Of a stretch of 64,000 nt of DNA, positions 13,710 to 24,706 are shown piece by piece. The DNA comes from a virus. The position numbers and the translations under genes were made by a program. The notes under the pieces are model-generated. The model was not told the DNA's origin. It saw nothing but the letters and a program-made list of their open reading frames with translations, and did no database searches. Location: positions 1-64,000 of the IMG/VR virus record IMGVR_UViG_3300034418_006037; one strand, 5' to 3'. How positions within the stretch are numbered: position 1 is the stretch's first letter; each line of letters opens with the position of its first letter.

Positions 13710-14007
13710 AATACAACCCAACACCACGTATCAGTTCCTACAAGTATTCAATGGGATACTTGAGCTAACAGACAAAGAGCTAGAAGTACTCTCCTTGTTC
13801 ATAGACAACAGCAGTACTGTAGACCTATGCTCCATAGACAACAAAAAGGTTGTAGCTGAGAAGCTGAACATAGATAACCCGAACACGCTCAATATCTATG
13901 TCAAACGGCTCAAAGACAAAGGAGCCATCACAAAGACCAAAGATGGGTATAAAACAAGTAAATTACTTGAGCGTAATAAACAAGTCATCATAGAAATCAA
14001 TTCATAA
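13693..14007 (+). CDS. winged-helix DNA-binding protein
   Basis: LTDKELEVL...VAEKLNI...NTLNIYVKRLKDKGAI. Confidence 0.7.
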   Translation: MTRRIKIQPNTTYQFLQVFNGILELTDKELEVLSLFIDNSSTVDLCSIDNKKVVAEKLNIDNPNTLNIYVKRLKDKGAITKTKDGYKTSKLLERNKQVIIEINS

Positions 14008-14342
14008 TGCCTTCTATATACAAAATGGTGAAAGGCTTCGTCAAAGAAGCTGTAGAGTATGCCAAGCAAGGAGCCCCTCACGTAACTGCCAAGCAATACG
14101 AGGATAGACTCAAAGCATGTTATAGCTGTGAGCATCTCAAAAAGGATGTAGAAAGATGCGGTCTATGCGGGTGTTTGATAGAGCACAAAGCAAAGTGGGC
14201 TACGTCTAACTGTCCAGATGACCCCAAGAGATGGGAGAAGATTAAAGTGGGGTCAGGGGGAAAGAAAATAAAACTCAATGGACGAAAGAATAATTCTACA
14301 GAAGCTGGCGACGAAGTACGATCTCCCGATACAGAAGATTGA
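14007..14342 (+). CDS. Cys-rich zinc-binding protein
   Basis: RLKACYSCEH...RCGLCGC...KAKWATSNCP..W. Confidence 0.75.
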   Translation: MPSIYKMVKGFVKEAVEYAKQGAPHVTAKQYEDRLKACYSCEHLKKDVERCGLCGCLIEHKAKWATSNCPDDPKRWEKIKVGSGGKKIKLNGRKNNSTEAGDEVRSPDTED

Positions 14343-14493
14343 GGAAGCAGTGTACTATCAATTCAAGTACGTATCACAAATAATAAAGTCAGGGACATTC
14401 GAGTCAATACGACTCCCGTACCTCGGTAAATTCCATGTACTCCCCGGGAGACTTAAGCACTTGAATAATGCGAGAGCTAATAACTGTAAGTAA
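14278..14493 (+). CDS. HU/IHF-like protein
   Basis: ILQKLA...SIRLPYLGKFHV; crAss-like synteny before terminase. Confidence 0.7.
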   Translation: MDERIILQKLATKYDLPIQKIEEAVYYQFKYVSQIIKSGTFESIRLPYLGKFHVLPGRLKHLNNARANNCK

Positions 14494-14965
14494 CAACGTA
14501 GTAGTACCCTCCCCGTACGCTATCACCATCAGTGAATTCAAGGTACTGAAGAGCAATGAGCTTGGGGCTGTATACTTCTTTGCAGACCACAACTCCCCCT
14601 ACGCTGTCTACGACGAAGACGAAAGGGAGGAGAAGATAGGGCAAGATCTAAAGATTAAGTTCACAGCTAAAGTGAGAGCGGGTATAGATAAATATAGGGA
14701 ACTATCTGAGACTCACGCAGTTAAACTATTAAAAGCAGCCCGCATATCAGTTAACAAACTTGAGCACTACTTCAAAGGTATGGACCTTACACTGCTAGAT
14801 GACCACGGTAAACCTGTATACTCAGCCAAAGACTTGATCATGAATCTAGAGAAGATGGGGAAAGTAGTACAGGGTCTAGAAGACCTCGAAGAGATAGTCA
14901 AGAAGCAACAATCTAAAGGCAACCCAAATCGTGGTGGGGTAGTAACTAACAAGTACTCACAGTAA
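14468..14965 (+). CDS. conserved crAss-like protein upstream of TerL (possible small terminase)
   Basis: Helical protein ending NRGG, directly upstream of terL. Confidence 0.55.
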   Translation: MRELITVSNNVVVPSPYAITISEFKVLKSNELGAVYFFADHNSPYAVYDEDEREEKIGQDLKIKFTAKVRAGIDKYRELSETHAVKLLKAARISVNKLEHYFKGMDLTLLDDHGKPVYSAKDLIMNLEKMGKVVQGLEDLEEIVKKQQSKGNPNRGGVVTNKYSQ

Positions 14966-16917
14966 TGTTCAAGGACAGTCATAAATACTCCCCTGCAGCA
15001 GAAACATACTTAGAGAGAGGATTCTACACGGACTCCCTACCTGGGACTAAGGAGTATTATGACTATTGGGATGAGCAGAAGCAACGCTGCTTGACTGGGT
15101 ATCTGGACATTACAGGGTTCCATTACTTCTACTTAAACTTCTGCCCTATCGACAGAGTCATAGACGAGCTGCTCCCTGACGGGAGTAACATAGCAAGGAG
15201 AGACCGTACGTTCCCTGCATTCTATGATGGGGACTACGAGTACTTCCATGCAATAGATAGATGCCGGAAAGAGAACAAACATATGATAGTGCTCAAGGCA
15301 CGTCGTAAAGGTTTCTCGTACAAGGCTGGGGCTATGCTAGCACGGAACTACTTCTTAATGCGTAACTCCAAGAACTACGTATTTGCTAGTCAAAAAGAAT
15401 ACCTCATCGGGGACGGGCTTCTGTCCAAGGCATGGGACTTCCTGTCCTTCATAGATGACAACACAGCTTGGACACAGCCCAGACTAAGGGACAGAGAAAT
15501 GCACAAGCAGTCAGGGTACAAGAAGAATGTAAACGGGGCAGACGTAGAGCTCGGGATGAAGTCACAGATCATTGGGGTGTCCCTGAAGGACAACCCTGAT
15601 AAGGTACGTGGTAAAGCAGGGGACCTCATCTTCTTCGAGGAAGCGGGATCATTTGGGGGATTGCTTAAAGCATGGGAAGTAGCTATGCCTACTATGCGTC
15701 AGGGCTCCAAGACTCTTGGGACCATGATAGCATTCGGTACTGGGGGTGAGGAAGGGGTAGGGTTTGACGGTATGGAAGAACTGTTCTATCACCCTGACTC
15801 CTACGACTGCATGGCATTTGATAACGAGTGGGACGCAGGTGCCATGGGAACCAAGTGTGGGTACTTCGTCCCTATATATCAAAACCTAGATGGATTTATA
15901 GACGATGACGGTAATTCGCAGATACAAGAAGCTAAAGAGCACGAAGAGATACAGCGTGAAAAGAAAAAGGGTGCCAATGACCCAAAGGCTCTTGACCAGT
16001 ATACAGCAGAGCATCCGTTCACTCCGCAAGAAGCAACGCTGCAAGTAACAGCTAATCTCTTCGACGTCACCTCACTCAAAGAACAGTACAACAAAGTAAA
16101 AGCTCATGACTTGCACAAAGAGGGAACAGCCGGAGTACTGTATTACAACAAGGACAAGAAAATAGCATTTCGCCCATCTCAAGAAGTCACTCCAGTCCTT
16201 AAGTTCCCGCACAGGAAAGGAGATAAAACAGAAGGGGCTGTAGTCATGTACGAAGCACCGTACTCTACTAAAGAAGGGGAAGTCCCACACAATCTGTACT
16301 TTGTGTGCCATGACCCATACGCACAGGAAAAGTCTGGGTCTAACGAGTCACTTGGAGCTGCCTTTGTAATGAAGCGCCCAAACAACGTATCTAAACCTGA
16401 TGACATAATTGTAGCTAGCTATGTCGGACGCCCGAAGACACAAGATGAGTACAACCGTAATCTATTTATGCTCGCGGAGTACTACAACGCCAAGATCGGA
16501 TTCGAAAACGATCGTGGTGAGCTCATTGCTTACGCGAAGAGATATCGCAAACTTCATAAGTTACAGGAGGAGTTTGAGATGCTGGATAAGAAAGAACTCA
16601 AATCCAGGAACGTACGACGACAGTACGGAATGCATATGACCGAGCAACGTAAGAGGCAAGGTGAGCTATATATAAGAGACTGGCTGATTACCCCTCGCCA
16701 CACAGACGAGGACGGAAAGACAACACTTAACCTACACAGAATATACGATACTGCTCTTTTGCAGGAACTAATTAAGTTCAATCATAAAGGAAACTTCGAC
16801 CGTGTTATGGCACTAATGGTAGGGATGTACCATACCAGAGAGCTATATAATAAAGAGGTCGTGGAAATCCTTAAGGATGGGGCTGCAGATGAGTGGTTTG
16901 ATCGTATATATCAATAA
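14965..16917 (+). CDS. terL: terminase large subunit
   Basis: ITGFHYFYLNF, Walker A variant KARRKGFSY, Walker B IFFEEAG, FGTGG, nuclease HDPY...GNFDRVMA. Confidence 0.95.
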   Translation: MFKDSHKYSPAAETYLERGFYTDSLPGTKEYYDYWDEQKQRCLTGYLDITGFHYFYLNFCPIDRVIDELLPDGSNIARRDRTFPAFYDGDYEYFHAIDRCRKENKHMIVLKARRKGFSYKAGAMLARNYFLMRNSKNYVFASQKEYLIGDGLLSKAWDFLSFIDDNTAWTQPRLRDREMHKQSGYKKNVNGADVELGMKSQIIGVSLKDNPDKVRGKAGDLIFFEEAGSFGGLLKAWEVAMPTMRQGSKTLGTMIAFGTGGEEGVGFDGMEELFYHPDSYDCMAFDNEWDAGAMGTKCGYFVPIYQNLDGFIDDDGNSQIQEAKEHEEIQREKKKGANDPKALDQYTAEHPFTPQEATLQVTANLFDVTSLKEQYNKVKAHDLHKEGTAGVLYYNKDKKIAFRPSQEVTPVLKFPHRKGDKTEGAVVMYEAPYSTKEGEVPHNLYFVCHDPYAQEKSGSNESLGAAFVMKRPNNVSKPDDIIVASYVGRPKTQDEYNRNLFMLAEYYNAKIGFENDRGELIAYAKRYRKLHKLQEEFEMLDKKELKSRNVRRQYGMHMTEQRKRQGELYIRDWLITPRHTDEDGKTTLNLHRIYDTALLQELIKFNHKGNFDRVMALMVGMYHTRELYNKEVVEILKDGAADEWFDRIYQ

Positions 16918-16928
16918 TTTTGTAAGAC

Positions 16929-19133
16929 ATGTATGGACAAGCGAACCTCCCTAAACAGCGTATTCCCAAGTCACAGAAGACGAAAAAGTGGAGGGAAGAA
17001 TGTGTGGAAGCTTACATAGACTTATCTAAGTTCGGAGTCAGTGAACGGAGATCATATCTAAAGTCACTGTACGACTATTACAACGGAGTTATCGATGAAC
17101 AAGACTACCGGTATGTGCTTAAGCCGTACGGTAAGACTAGGAATAACTTCCCATCTAAACTTAGGAACTACCCTATCATCAAGCCTATCATAGACTTGCT
17201 GCTCGGAGAAAAAGCAAAGCGACCTCTGAACTATACAGTAACTGTTACTAACTCTGATAGTACATCTATTAAAGAGCAGGAGAAGCACGCCATGCTTATG
17301 AATATGGCAAATGAGATGTTTGCTCAAAAGATGTCTCCGCAAGAACAGCAAGGGCAACAACAACAGTCCCCGAAGCAAATAATAGATGAGTTCGAAAGAA
17401 CCTATGTAGATAGTCGCGCACTAAAAGGTCAAGCTGCTATCAATTACATAATGCAGAACCAAGAAGTTAAAGACAAACTTCTAAATGGATTTTTTCACTA
17501 CTTGGTTACTGGGGAAGTATACTCTCATAAAGGTGTAGTACGTAATGATCCATTCTTTGAGATACTTAATCCTCTAGACATAGACTACGATAAAGATCCA
17601 GATCTTGAATTTGTAGAAGATGGGGATTGGGCTATTGTACGTAAGTACGCGCATGCATCTACAGTCATAGACATCTTTGGGGAGTCCCTGACAGACGAGC
17701 AGATACTAGAGCTAGAGAACCCACAGCAGACATCAGCTGATTCTTATTTGCTGTACAGGGCAGAAGCTAACGGTAGTGATGAAAATATCTACCGCAACAG
17801 ACTCGTAGAATGCATTACTGTATACTGGAAAAGCAGAAAAAGAATAGGATTCCTGTCCTATCCCGACCCTATGACTGGGAGTATGGAAGAGATGGTAGTT
17901 CAGGAAGGCTACAAAATGCCTGCGAAGTATAGAGAAATAGGGGCTAAGATAAGATACGAGTGGGTCAATGAAGTATGGGAGGGCACACGTATAGATGGGA
18001 GATTCTATATAGACATAAACCCCATAGCTAATCAAAGGACATCCATGGACAATCCGTCCAAATGTAAGTTGCCTGTAAATGGGAGAAAATACTCAGACAT
18101 AAACTCCGATAATATATCAGTAGTAAGTCTAGGTATCCCCTATCAGCTGAACTACAATATCTTCAAGTATCGTATGGAACTAGCTATAGCTCGCTCCAAA
18201 GATATCATAGCTCAGTTCGACATCAACATGATCCCCAAGAAGTGGGACATGGACAAGTTCATGTACTTCGTAGAAGGTACAGGTATTGCATGGGTTGACT
18301 ACAACAAAGAAGGTATACAGCTATCTCCACAGCATCAGTCTGTGTTGGACATGTCTATTAAGACAATAGACCAATACCTGCAACTGCTCGAGTCCATACA
18401 ATTAGAGTGGGAAAAGATATCTGGAGTCAACAGACAACGTCAAGGTGGTATAGGACCATATGAAGGAAAAGCTGTATCACAACAAGCTATTGTACAATCA
18501 TCTCATATAACCGAAGATTTATTTAGAAAATATTCTAGGTTCGAGCAAAGAGAACTGCAAGGTCTACTTGATTATTCTAAAGAAGCCTGGGTGAATGGTA
18601 AGAAAGGTATGTACGTCATGCCTGATACTACGATACAGATGTTTGACCTCTCATCGATGGAATTGATGGAGTCAGAGTTCGGAATCTTTGTGTCTGACTC
18701 TGGGAGAGATCAAGACAAGCTTGAACAAGCAAGAGCTATTGGACAATCAATGGTGCAGAACGGAGTACCAGCATCTGCAGTGCTTGATATGTTTGATACT
18801 GAGAACTTTATCGGCCTTAAGGATAAGATTCGCAAAGCAGAGAAAGCTCAAGAAGAATTGCAACAAGCTCAGCAGCAAGCACAGCAAGAACAGCAGCAAC
18901 AGCAAATGCAGATGGAGCAGCAGAAGATGCAGATGGAAGAGCTTAGCAAAGACAAAGACCGTCAGGTTGATATTGAGGTAGCGCTTATAAATGCAGAAGC
19001 ACGAGATCAAACTGACAAGTTGCAGATTGATATGGAGAAGATGATGCGAGACTTTGAAATAAAAGAAAAAGAATTGCAACTAAAAGAAAAAGCGCTTTTC
19101 ACTGAAGGTGATACTGAACCTAACGGGGTATGA
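16929..19133 (+). CDS. portal protein
   Basis: Follows terL; NYPIIKPIIDLLLGE, EVWEG, SGVNRQRQG; Q-rich C-terminal coiled coil. Confidence 0.9.
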   Translation: MYGQANLPKQRIPKSQKTKKWREECVEAYIDLSKFGVSERRSYLKSLYDYYNGVIDEQDYRYVLKPYGKTRNNFPSKLRNYPIIKPIIDLLLGEKAKRPLNYTVTVTNSDSTSIKEQEKHAMLMNMANEMFAQKMSPQEQQGQQQQSPKQIIDEFERTYVDSRALKGQAAINYIMQNQEVKDKLLNGFFHYLVTGEVYSHKGVVRNDPFFEILNPLDIDYDKDPDLEFVEDGDWAIVRKYAHASTVIDIFGESLTDEQILELENPQQTSADSYLLYRAEANGSDENIYRNRLVECITVYWKSRKRIGFLSYPDPMTGSMEEMVVQEGYKMPAKYREIGAKIRYEWVNEVWEGTRIDGRFYIDINPIANQRTSMDNPSKCKLPVNGRKYSDINSDNISVVSLGIPYQLNYNIFKYRMELAIARSKDIIAQFDINMIPKKWDMDKFMYFVEGTGIAWVDYNKEGIQLSPQHQSVLDMSIKTIDQYLQLLESIQLEWEKISGVNRQRQGGIGPYEGKAVSQQAIVQSSHITEDLFRKYSRFEQRELQGLLDYSKEAWVNGKKGMYVMPDTTIQMFDLSSMELMESEFGIFVSDSGRDQDKLEQARAIGQSMVQNGVPASAVLDMFDTENFIGLKDKIRKAEKAQEELQQAQQQAQQEQQQQQMQMEQQKMQMEELSKDKDRQVDIEVALINAEARDQTDKLQIDMEKMMRDFEIKEKELQLKEKALFTEGDTEPNGV

Positions 19134-21175
19134 CAAACAAAGAGCGTAGAAATATTGTAAATGACGCAAAAACTCGTGGATACACGGGTAGTTACGTAGA
19201 TCTTTTTAAGGAAGCTGCATTAAATCCTACAGGAACACCAACTCCTGATAATGTAGCAGTAACTCCTCAAGAACAAGAAGCAGGGCTGAGACCATACCAC
19301 GATGCCGGGGATACGAACGCATCTATGGCATTCAAAGATGTGCCTCCTAATACCCCATTCAATACAGTCGGAATGAAGAGGCCGATTGATATTAAAAAGT
19401 ATGATAAGCAGGGACACCTCGTAAAATCATGGAACAGCGTTCCCCCCGGCATCCAAAATCTCGACACTGGTCCAAATGCAGGTACAATAATTGAGACTCC
19501 TGCACGTATGCAAGAGGGCGGTCCTGTAAAAAAACAAGTAGGTCCTAGGGTACCTAAACAAGATACCCCAGTAAGATCTACTGAGAGTAGGAACTTAGAC
19601 AACGACTCTACTTACAATACTAAAGGGTGGTTAGCTGCAGGTGCTCCCGGAGGGATAGACCCGGGAGACGGAGAGTTTCATGGGGCGAGTGTAGACCCAA
19701 ACACAGGAATGTGGCTTAAAAGCAAAAATCATTCTACAGCCTGGAAGGAACACTTAGGAGCACAGCTTAGCCCTGACCAGTTCTTCAAAGAAAATATGGC
19801 AGTTGTAAACCCAGAAGGATACTTCGGGAATAACCAGCTGCAGTATGTTCCTAGGAAAAAACAACAAGTAGGAGGGTACAACCCGGGTGAGTATATGAAT
19901 GAGATGCAGCCCAAAGTATTCCCGAATCAAAAAAGGGATGCTAAATGGGTCAAGTATACTACAGATCACGACTTTGCAGGGAGATTCCCAGGAGAAACAA
20001 GGAGCAACAGAGAGCTTGGGTTAGAAATATCTAATAGAAATACTGTTTCACTCGTCCCAAACCCAGATCTACAATCTGCAATTGAAAGTAAAAAAGTAAA
20101 AGCTCAGTATGGATCTTTTGTTGCCGGCCAAAAGCGAGACGAGCTAAATAAAAAACTTGCCGGAATGAATGCTGAAGACCGGGAAGCATACATGCAGACT
20201 GAGGAATACGATAAGGAGTTTAGGCAAACATTGGGACAATCAGAAGCTATTCAGTACGTACCATTAGTAGAAGGTATAACATTTGGAGCAGCACTTGCTC
20301 CATTAGCAGGACCAGCTTTTGGTCGTGCTACTACTGCGATTAACGAAGCTGCTGGAAGTTTGTATACAGCTGCAGGTGATGCTGTTGGGGCACTTACTAA
20401 TACAATAGGCAGTACACGCGCAGGACAAGCTATGGCAGCAGGTAGAGATGCTCTTGCATCAAGTAGATTGGGACAAGCAGGACAAGCTATTTACAACTAT
20501 GCCCAAGCGCCAGGTCAATATATTGCAAATTCCAGGCTTGGACAAGCTATGGGAACAGCGTACAATGCTCCGATATCAGCACTAGGAGGTCAAAGTTTTA
20601 AAGGAGCAATTAAACCCTTTATGACTTGGTATGGTCTGACTCAAGGTGACGATGTTGTTAGAAAACTATCAGAAGGAGATATAACAGGAGCTGCAAGTTC
20701 TGCATCAAAAATGCCAGGTTTGGGGGGAGCCAAAAATGCTGTTACTCAAGCAATCAACACGGCAAAAACAATAGGGTACTTAGATGATAGTGCTACTGCT
20801 GCTGTTAATATAGCTTCAGGAGAAGCAACTGTTGATGACGTTTTAGATTTAACAAAAAGCACTCCTGGTACAAGTGGAATTAGATTCGTAGGGAACACCG
20901 CAAAGAATGTAGTCGGGAATGATGCAGAGGAAGATGTATCTATAAACGTAGAACCTCAGTTAAAAGAAAAAGAACCTAGGGGCAGAAGTGAGCGGTATGA
21001 TAGAATGGGAAATGTAGTTACTGAATTTGAGTTTCAGGAAACTAGCGAGGGAAGAAGAGCTCCTCAACGTGCTCAAAGAAGTTATGATCCTATGACTTTA
21101 GGAGGGTACAAAAAACGACCAGTGCGATATAATAATAATCGCTATAAAAAATACTTTAATAAAAGCAAGCCATAA
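19130..21175 (+). CDS. putative internal virion (cargo) protein
   Basis: Between portal and scaffold; several xxGG motifs; Ala/Gly-rich amphipathic region. Confidence 0.55.
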   Translation: MTNKERRNIVNDAKTRGYTGSYVDLFKEAALNPTGTPTPDNVAVTPQEQEAGLRPYHDAGDTNASMAFKDVPPNTPFNTVGMKRPIDIKKYDKQGHLVKSWNSVPPGIQNLDTGPNAGTIIETPARMQEGGPVKKQVGPRVPKQDTPVRSTESRNLDNDSTYNTKGWLAAGAPGGIDPGDGEFHGASVDPNTGMWLKSKNHSTAWKEHLGAQLSPDQFFKENMAVVNPEGYFGNNQLQYVPRKKQQVGGYNPGEYMNEMQPKVFPNQKRDAKWVKYTTDHDFAGRFPGETRSNRELGLEISNRNTVSLVPNPDLQSAIESKKVKAQYGSFVAGQKRDELNKKLAGMNAEDREAYMQTEEYDKEFRQTLGQSEAIQYVPLVEGITFGAALAPLAGPAFGRATTAINEAAGSLYTAAGDAVGALTNTIGSTRAGQAMAAGRDALASSRLGQAGQAIYNYAQAPGQYIANSRLGQAMGTAYNAPISALGGQSFKGAIKPFMTWYGLTQGDDVVRKLSEGDITGAASSASKMPGLGGAKNAVTQAINTAKTIGYLDDSATAAVNIASGEATVDDVLDLTKSTPGTSGIRFVGNTAKNVVGNDAEEDVSINVEPQLKEKEPRGRSERYDRMGNVVTEFEFQETSEGRRAPQRAQRSYDPMTLGGYKKRPVRYNNNRYKKYFNKSKP

Positions 21176-21184
21176 AACACTAAA

Positions 21185-21192
21185 TACCTTTG
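21185..21192 (+). promoter_or_regulatory. TAnnTTTG element (TACCTTTG) before the scaffold/capsid genes
   Basis: Consensus match immediately before ATG 21197 (would give a near-leaderless mRNA). Confidence 0.45.
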
Positions 21193-21196
21193 TATA

Positions 21197-22291
21197 ATGA
21201 CAGACCCAAACGACAAATTAGATTTCAACTCGATATCGTTCGATGACGTTATCGGTGACGGGGCACCGGGCCTTGACATAGTTGAAGAAACCTTGCCTCA
21301 AGAAGTTGAGGAAGAAGAACCTATTGACAACGAACTAGACGAGGATGCTAGGGGGTATGGGGACGAAGATGATGATGATGATGATTATCACCGCCCAGAA
21401 GAAGAAACTTACGTAGAAGATGGATACGAAGATTCAGATCCCCCAATAGCACATCAAATTTCTGATATTCTAGGCTACGAACTTGAGAACGAGTACGACG
21501 ATACAGTTGAAGGCCTGACAGAATATGTAAGAGATATTTCTCAAGAAGTTGCAGAGGAACAGCTAAATGAACTGTTCGAGCAATTTCCAGAAGTTCAACG
21601 GCACTTAGACTATGTGCTTGCAGGAGGAGAGTCAGATCAATTCTTTGAAGCACATAATCCGCAGAACGATTTCTCAAATCTGCATATGTCTGAAAGAGAT
21701 ACCATGACTCAAAAGGCTGTACTGTCTCAGTACTTCCAGTACAAAGGTCATGACCAAGCTTTCATTCAAGATATGCTGGATGACTATGAAGACAGTGGTA
21801 AGCTCTTTGATAAAGCTAATCTTGCCAAAGAGTCTCTAGCACAAGTGCAGCAACAGCAACGTGAAGAGATGTTCGAACAACAACAACGACTCTTTGAACA
21901 GCAAGAAGCTGAACAAGAAGCATTCTGGGATGGGGTAGCAAATACACTTGAAGAAGGACGAGAGTTTGCAGGGATTAGAATTCCTGACAGAGATAAGTCT
22001 ACATTCTTTGAGTATATCTCTGCACCTATAGATGACAGCGGTAGAACCCAACGAGACATAGACTATTCAGAAGCTGATATGGATATCAAGCTTGCAATAG
22101 ATTACTTGATGTTTAGTGGGTTCAACCTAGAAGATATTATTTCTACGAAAGCTAAGACCGAAAGCGCACGCAATTTGCGTGATCGTATTGTCTCTAACCA
22201 AGAGAGAGTACGTAATGCTAAAGGTCAAAGCAGAAGTAGACAAACAGCATTTGATCCAGACAATCTGGACATAAACGCGCTTTTTCAATAA
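21197..22291 (+). CDS. acidic scaffold-like protein (conserved crAss gene upstream of MCP)
   Basis: Very acidic N-terminus, coiled coil, position just before MCP. Confidence 0.75.
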   Translation: MTDPNDKLDFNSISFDDVIGDGAPGLDIVEETLPQEVEEEEPIDNELDEDARGYGDEDDDDDDYHRPEEETYVEDGYEDSDPPIAHQISDILGYELENEYDDTVEGLTEYVRDISQEVAEEQLNELFEQFPEVQRHLDYVLAGGESDQFFEAHNPQNDFSNLHMSERDTMTQKAVLSQYFQYKGHDQAFIQDMLDDYEDSGKLFDKANLAKESLAQVQQQQREEMFEQQQRLFEQQEAEQEAFWDGVANTLEEGREFAGIRIPDRDKSTFFEYISAPIDDSGRTQRDIDYSEADMDIKLAIDYLMFSGFNLEDIISTKAKTESARNLRDRIVSNQERVRNAKGQSRSRQTAFDPDNLDINALFQ

Positions 22292-22319
22292 GCAACCTAA
22301 CTTTTAAATATAGACAATC

Positions 22320-23810
22320 ATGGCTTTGATGCAAGTACTGAAAACGTACTATAACGATTCGCAGATGACCGACACAAACTCGTTGGTTAATGCATTGATG
22401 GAGAAACCCGAAGAACTCTCCCCAATTATCACGCACTTGGCTGGACGTGAAGAGAAGAAGTTTCCGCTTTCTTTTCTGACCGAAGGGGTTGGAAACACAC
22501 GCTCGATCAACCGTTGGGAGTACGAGTACCGTGTTAAAACTCATGAAGTCAACGTCCGCCCGGTCGTTAGTGTTAAACAAATAGCAGCTGGTGGCGATAC
22601 CGCTATTGGTGCTAGTGGATCTACCTTCAAGGTAGTGTTCCCCGACAAGTGGTTCATCTTTCCTTACACGCTCGTCTCCCAATCTGGTGAGCTTGCGCGT
22701 ATCATGAAAGACCCTGAGCCTGTTGGTGATGGATATGAGTACACCCTTCAGTTGGTTAAGCCCAATGCAGGTGGACTTAGTGCAGCTGCAGGTGGTGACC
22801 TTGCTACTGGTGCTCTCTGGGGTATGCTGTATGCTAACGTTGGAATCGACTTCTCAAGAGGTAACGCTTCCAACTGGACAGCACCTGGCCTCGTCCGGTC
22901 TAAGATTGGAACGATTCGTAAGTCCTACCAGTTCTCTGGTAACGCAAAGGACTACGTTGCTGAGTTCAATCTCCCGACCAAAGAAGGTTCTTCCACCAAG
23001 TTGTGGATGGACTACGAGGAGTACCGCCACATGCTGAAGTTCAAGGAGGAGTGCGAGATGTACTACTGGTACGGTCAGCGCACCCATGACGACAAAGGTC
23101 GTACGACGATGACTGACGAGAATGGTCAGCCTGTTGTTTCTGGTCCTGGTCTGCTTGAGCAAATCATCAACAAGGATACCTACTCCACCCTGACTCAGAA
23201 GAAGATGGAGGATGTTATTGGTGACTTGTTCTATGGTATGACTGATGCTACTGATAAGCAGGTTACTCTGTATACCGGTATCGGTGGTGCACGTGAGTTC
23301 GATAAGGCTCTGCGTAACTACTATGCTGGTGGTGGTTTGAACCCTTCGGGCATTGCTGCTGATAGTGGTAATAACGCTTACCTGCGCACGACTGAGTCCA
23401 AGTTCATTACTGGAAGCGGACGTAGCCTTGGTATTACTGGTTACTTCACCAGCTATGACCACATTGATGGTCACACGGTAAACGTGGTGAAGTCTCCTCT
23501 GTTTGATCATGGTCCTGTTGCTCAAGCTTCTAAGAAGCACCCCGAAAGCGGTCTCCCGCTCGAAAGCTACAGAATGGTCTTTGTTGACCAGTCCAACTAT
23601 GACGGAGAAAACAATCTCCAGATGATTAACAAGAAGGGTCGTGAGATGCTTCGTTGGGCTGTTGCAGGTTCCGTCGTCCCGAAAGGGTTCAAAGAGTCGG
23701 ATACCCGCGCAAGCGATATAGACGGTGCTTCTGTGCACATGCTGAAGACGGCTGGTATCCTGCTCCGCAGATTTGATACTTCGCTGGATTTGCAGTGCAC
23801 TGCATCGTAA
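22320..23810 (+). CDS. major capsid protein (crAss-type HK97 fold)
   Basis: 496 aa, strong codon bias, EECEMYYWYG, SGPGLLEQI, LYTGIGGAREFDKA, PLFD, GLPLESYRM; synteny. Confidence 0.92.
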   Translation: MALMQVLKTYYNDSQMTDTNSLVNALMEKPEELSPIITHLAGREEKKFPLSFLTEGVGNTRSINRWEYEYRVKTHEVNVRPVVSVKQIAAGGDTAIGASGSTFKVVFPDKWFIFPYTLVSQSGELARIMKDPEPVGDGYEYTLQLVKPNAGGLSAAAGGDLATGALWGMLYANVGIDFSRGNASNWTAPGLVRSKIGTIRKSYQFSGNAKDYVAEFNLPTKEGSSTKLWMDYEEYRHMLKFKEECEMYYWYGQRTHDDKGRTTMTDENGQPVVSGPGLLEQIINKDTYSTLTQKKMEDVIGDLFYGMTDATDKQVTLYTGIGGAREFDKALRNYYAGGGLNPSGIAADSGNNAYLRTTESKFITGSGRSLGITGYFTSYDHIDGHTVNVVKSPLFDHGPVAQASKKHPESGLPLESYRMVFVDQSNYDGENNLQMINKKGREMLRWAVAGSVVPKGFKESDTRASDIDGASVHMLKTAGILLRRFDTSLDLQCTAS

Positions 23811-23831
23811 TTTGGTGTTTGGTTTGCATGA

Positions 23832-23858
23832 AGGGGGGACTGCGAAGGTGGTCCCCCT
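23832..23858 (+). terminator. GC-rich hairpin after MCP (terminator or RNA stabiliser)
   Basis: GGGGGAC...GTCCCCC; weak U tract. Confidence 0.5.
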
Positions 23859-23902
23859 GAAATGCGACTCTACATATAAGTTATTCTTAAACTAAAAAGA
23901 AC

Positions 23903-24706
23903 ATGAAAAAAGTGTACATCAGACGTAAGGAGCTTAACGGCTACCTTCCAAAGGAAATCCTCTCAACGGCGAGGATATCAATCGGTTCAATTTATGTGGG
24001 CAGACAACCCCTGAAAGGGTTTGAAGACGAAGAATCCAAAAAACACCTAAGACGGATTCTTGACGTTCCCCCAGATCATCCTAGCTGGCCAGCTCTTGAA
24101 AAAAATTACTGGTCATCTATGAGTCTAAAAGTTCCATTCGAAGGAGTAGAGCTTGATATAACTCTTGATGATAATGGAGACGCTGTCAATCCTCAAGACT
24201 ATGCTACATTCAGATGGTGCCAAAGGCACAGACAAGTAGCAACGTCTAAGGAAGAGATGGATAAAAGTAGTCACAAAAAATTCTACATCTATGATCCACA
24301 AGAAGACTTGATTAAGTCCAACAACAAGATCAAGCTTAGCAAAGATGCTGATAAAGAGTTCATCAAAATCTCATCCGACGCGGATAAGATGCGAAGAGTT
24401 CTTAGAGTATTGACTAAACAGAACACGGATAAAATGACTGACATGGAAATAGAGAATACTCTCTACGGACAAAAGAGCAGTAATCCAGGTTTGTTCCTAA
24501 AAGTATCTTTGGATAAGAACCTTGATGTTAGAGCTGAGATAGAGGAACTGATCGAGCGGGGAGTACTTCGCAAAATTGGGAACCAAATTATCCATGAAGA
24601 TGAAACAATTGGGTCCGATATGACGGACACTATTGTGTACTTCAATAACAAAAAGAACTCAGGTGCTGTAAACGCCATGAGAGCAAAACTTAAAACACTA
24701 GCATGA
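23903..24706 (+). CDS. conserved crAss-like protein downstream of MCP
   Basis: Synteny; FYIYDP...; helical C-terminus. Confidence 0.7.
   Translation: MKKVYIRRKELNGYLPKEILSTARISIGSIYVGRQPLKGFEDEESKKHLRRILDVPPDHPSWPALEKNYWSSMSLKVPFEGVELDITLDDNGDAVNPQDYATFRWCQRHRQVATSKEEMDKSSHKKFYIYDPQEDLIKSNNKIKLSKDADKEFIKISSDADKMRRVLRVLTKQNTDKMTDMEIENTLYGQKSSNPGLFLKVSLDKNLDVRAEIEELIERGVLRKIGNQIIHEDETIGSDMTDTIVYFNNKKNSGAVNAMRAKLKTLA

Noticed and set aside
18860-18935. CAG/CAA-rich repeat in the portal gene
   Set aside because: Encodes the Gln-rich coiled-coil barrel common in portal C-termini; not a DNA repeat element
22854-23738. 294-aa antisense ORF within the major capsid gene (similar ones at 22218..22682 and 26031..26624)
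   Set aside because: Shadow ORFs expected from strong codon bias in highly expressed genes; no recognisable protein features
6617-23810. Introns/inteins in polA, terL, portal or MCP
   Set aside because: These ORFs are continuous and of ordinary length, with no intein or homing-endonuclease motifs noticed
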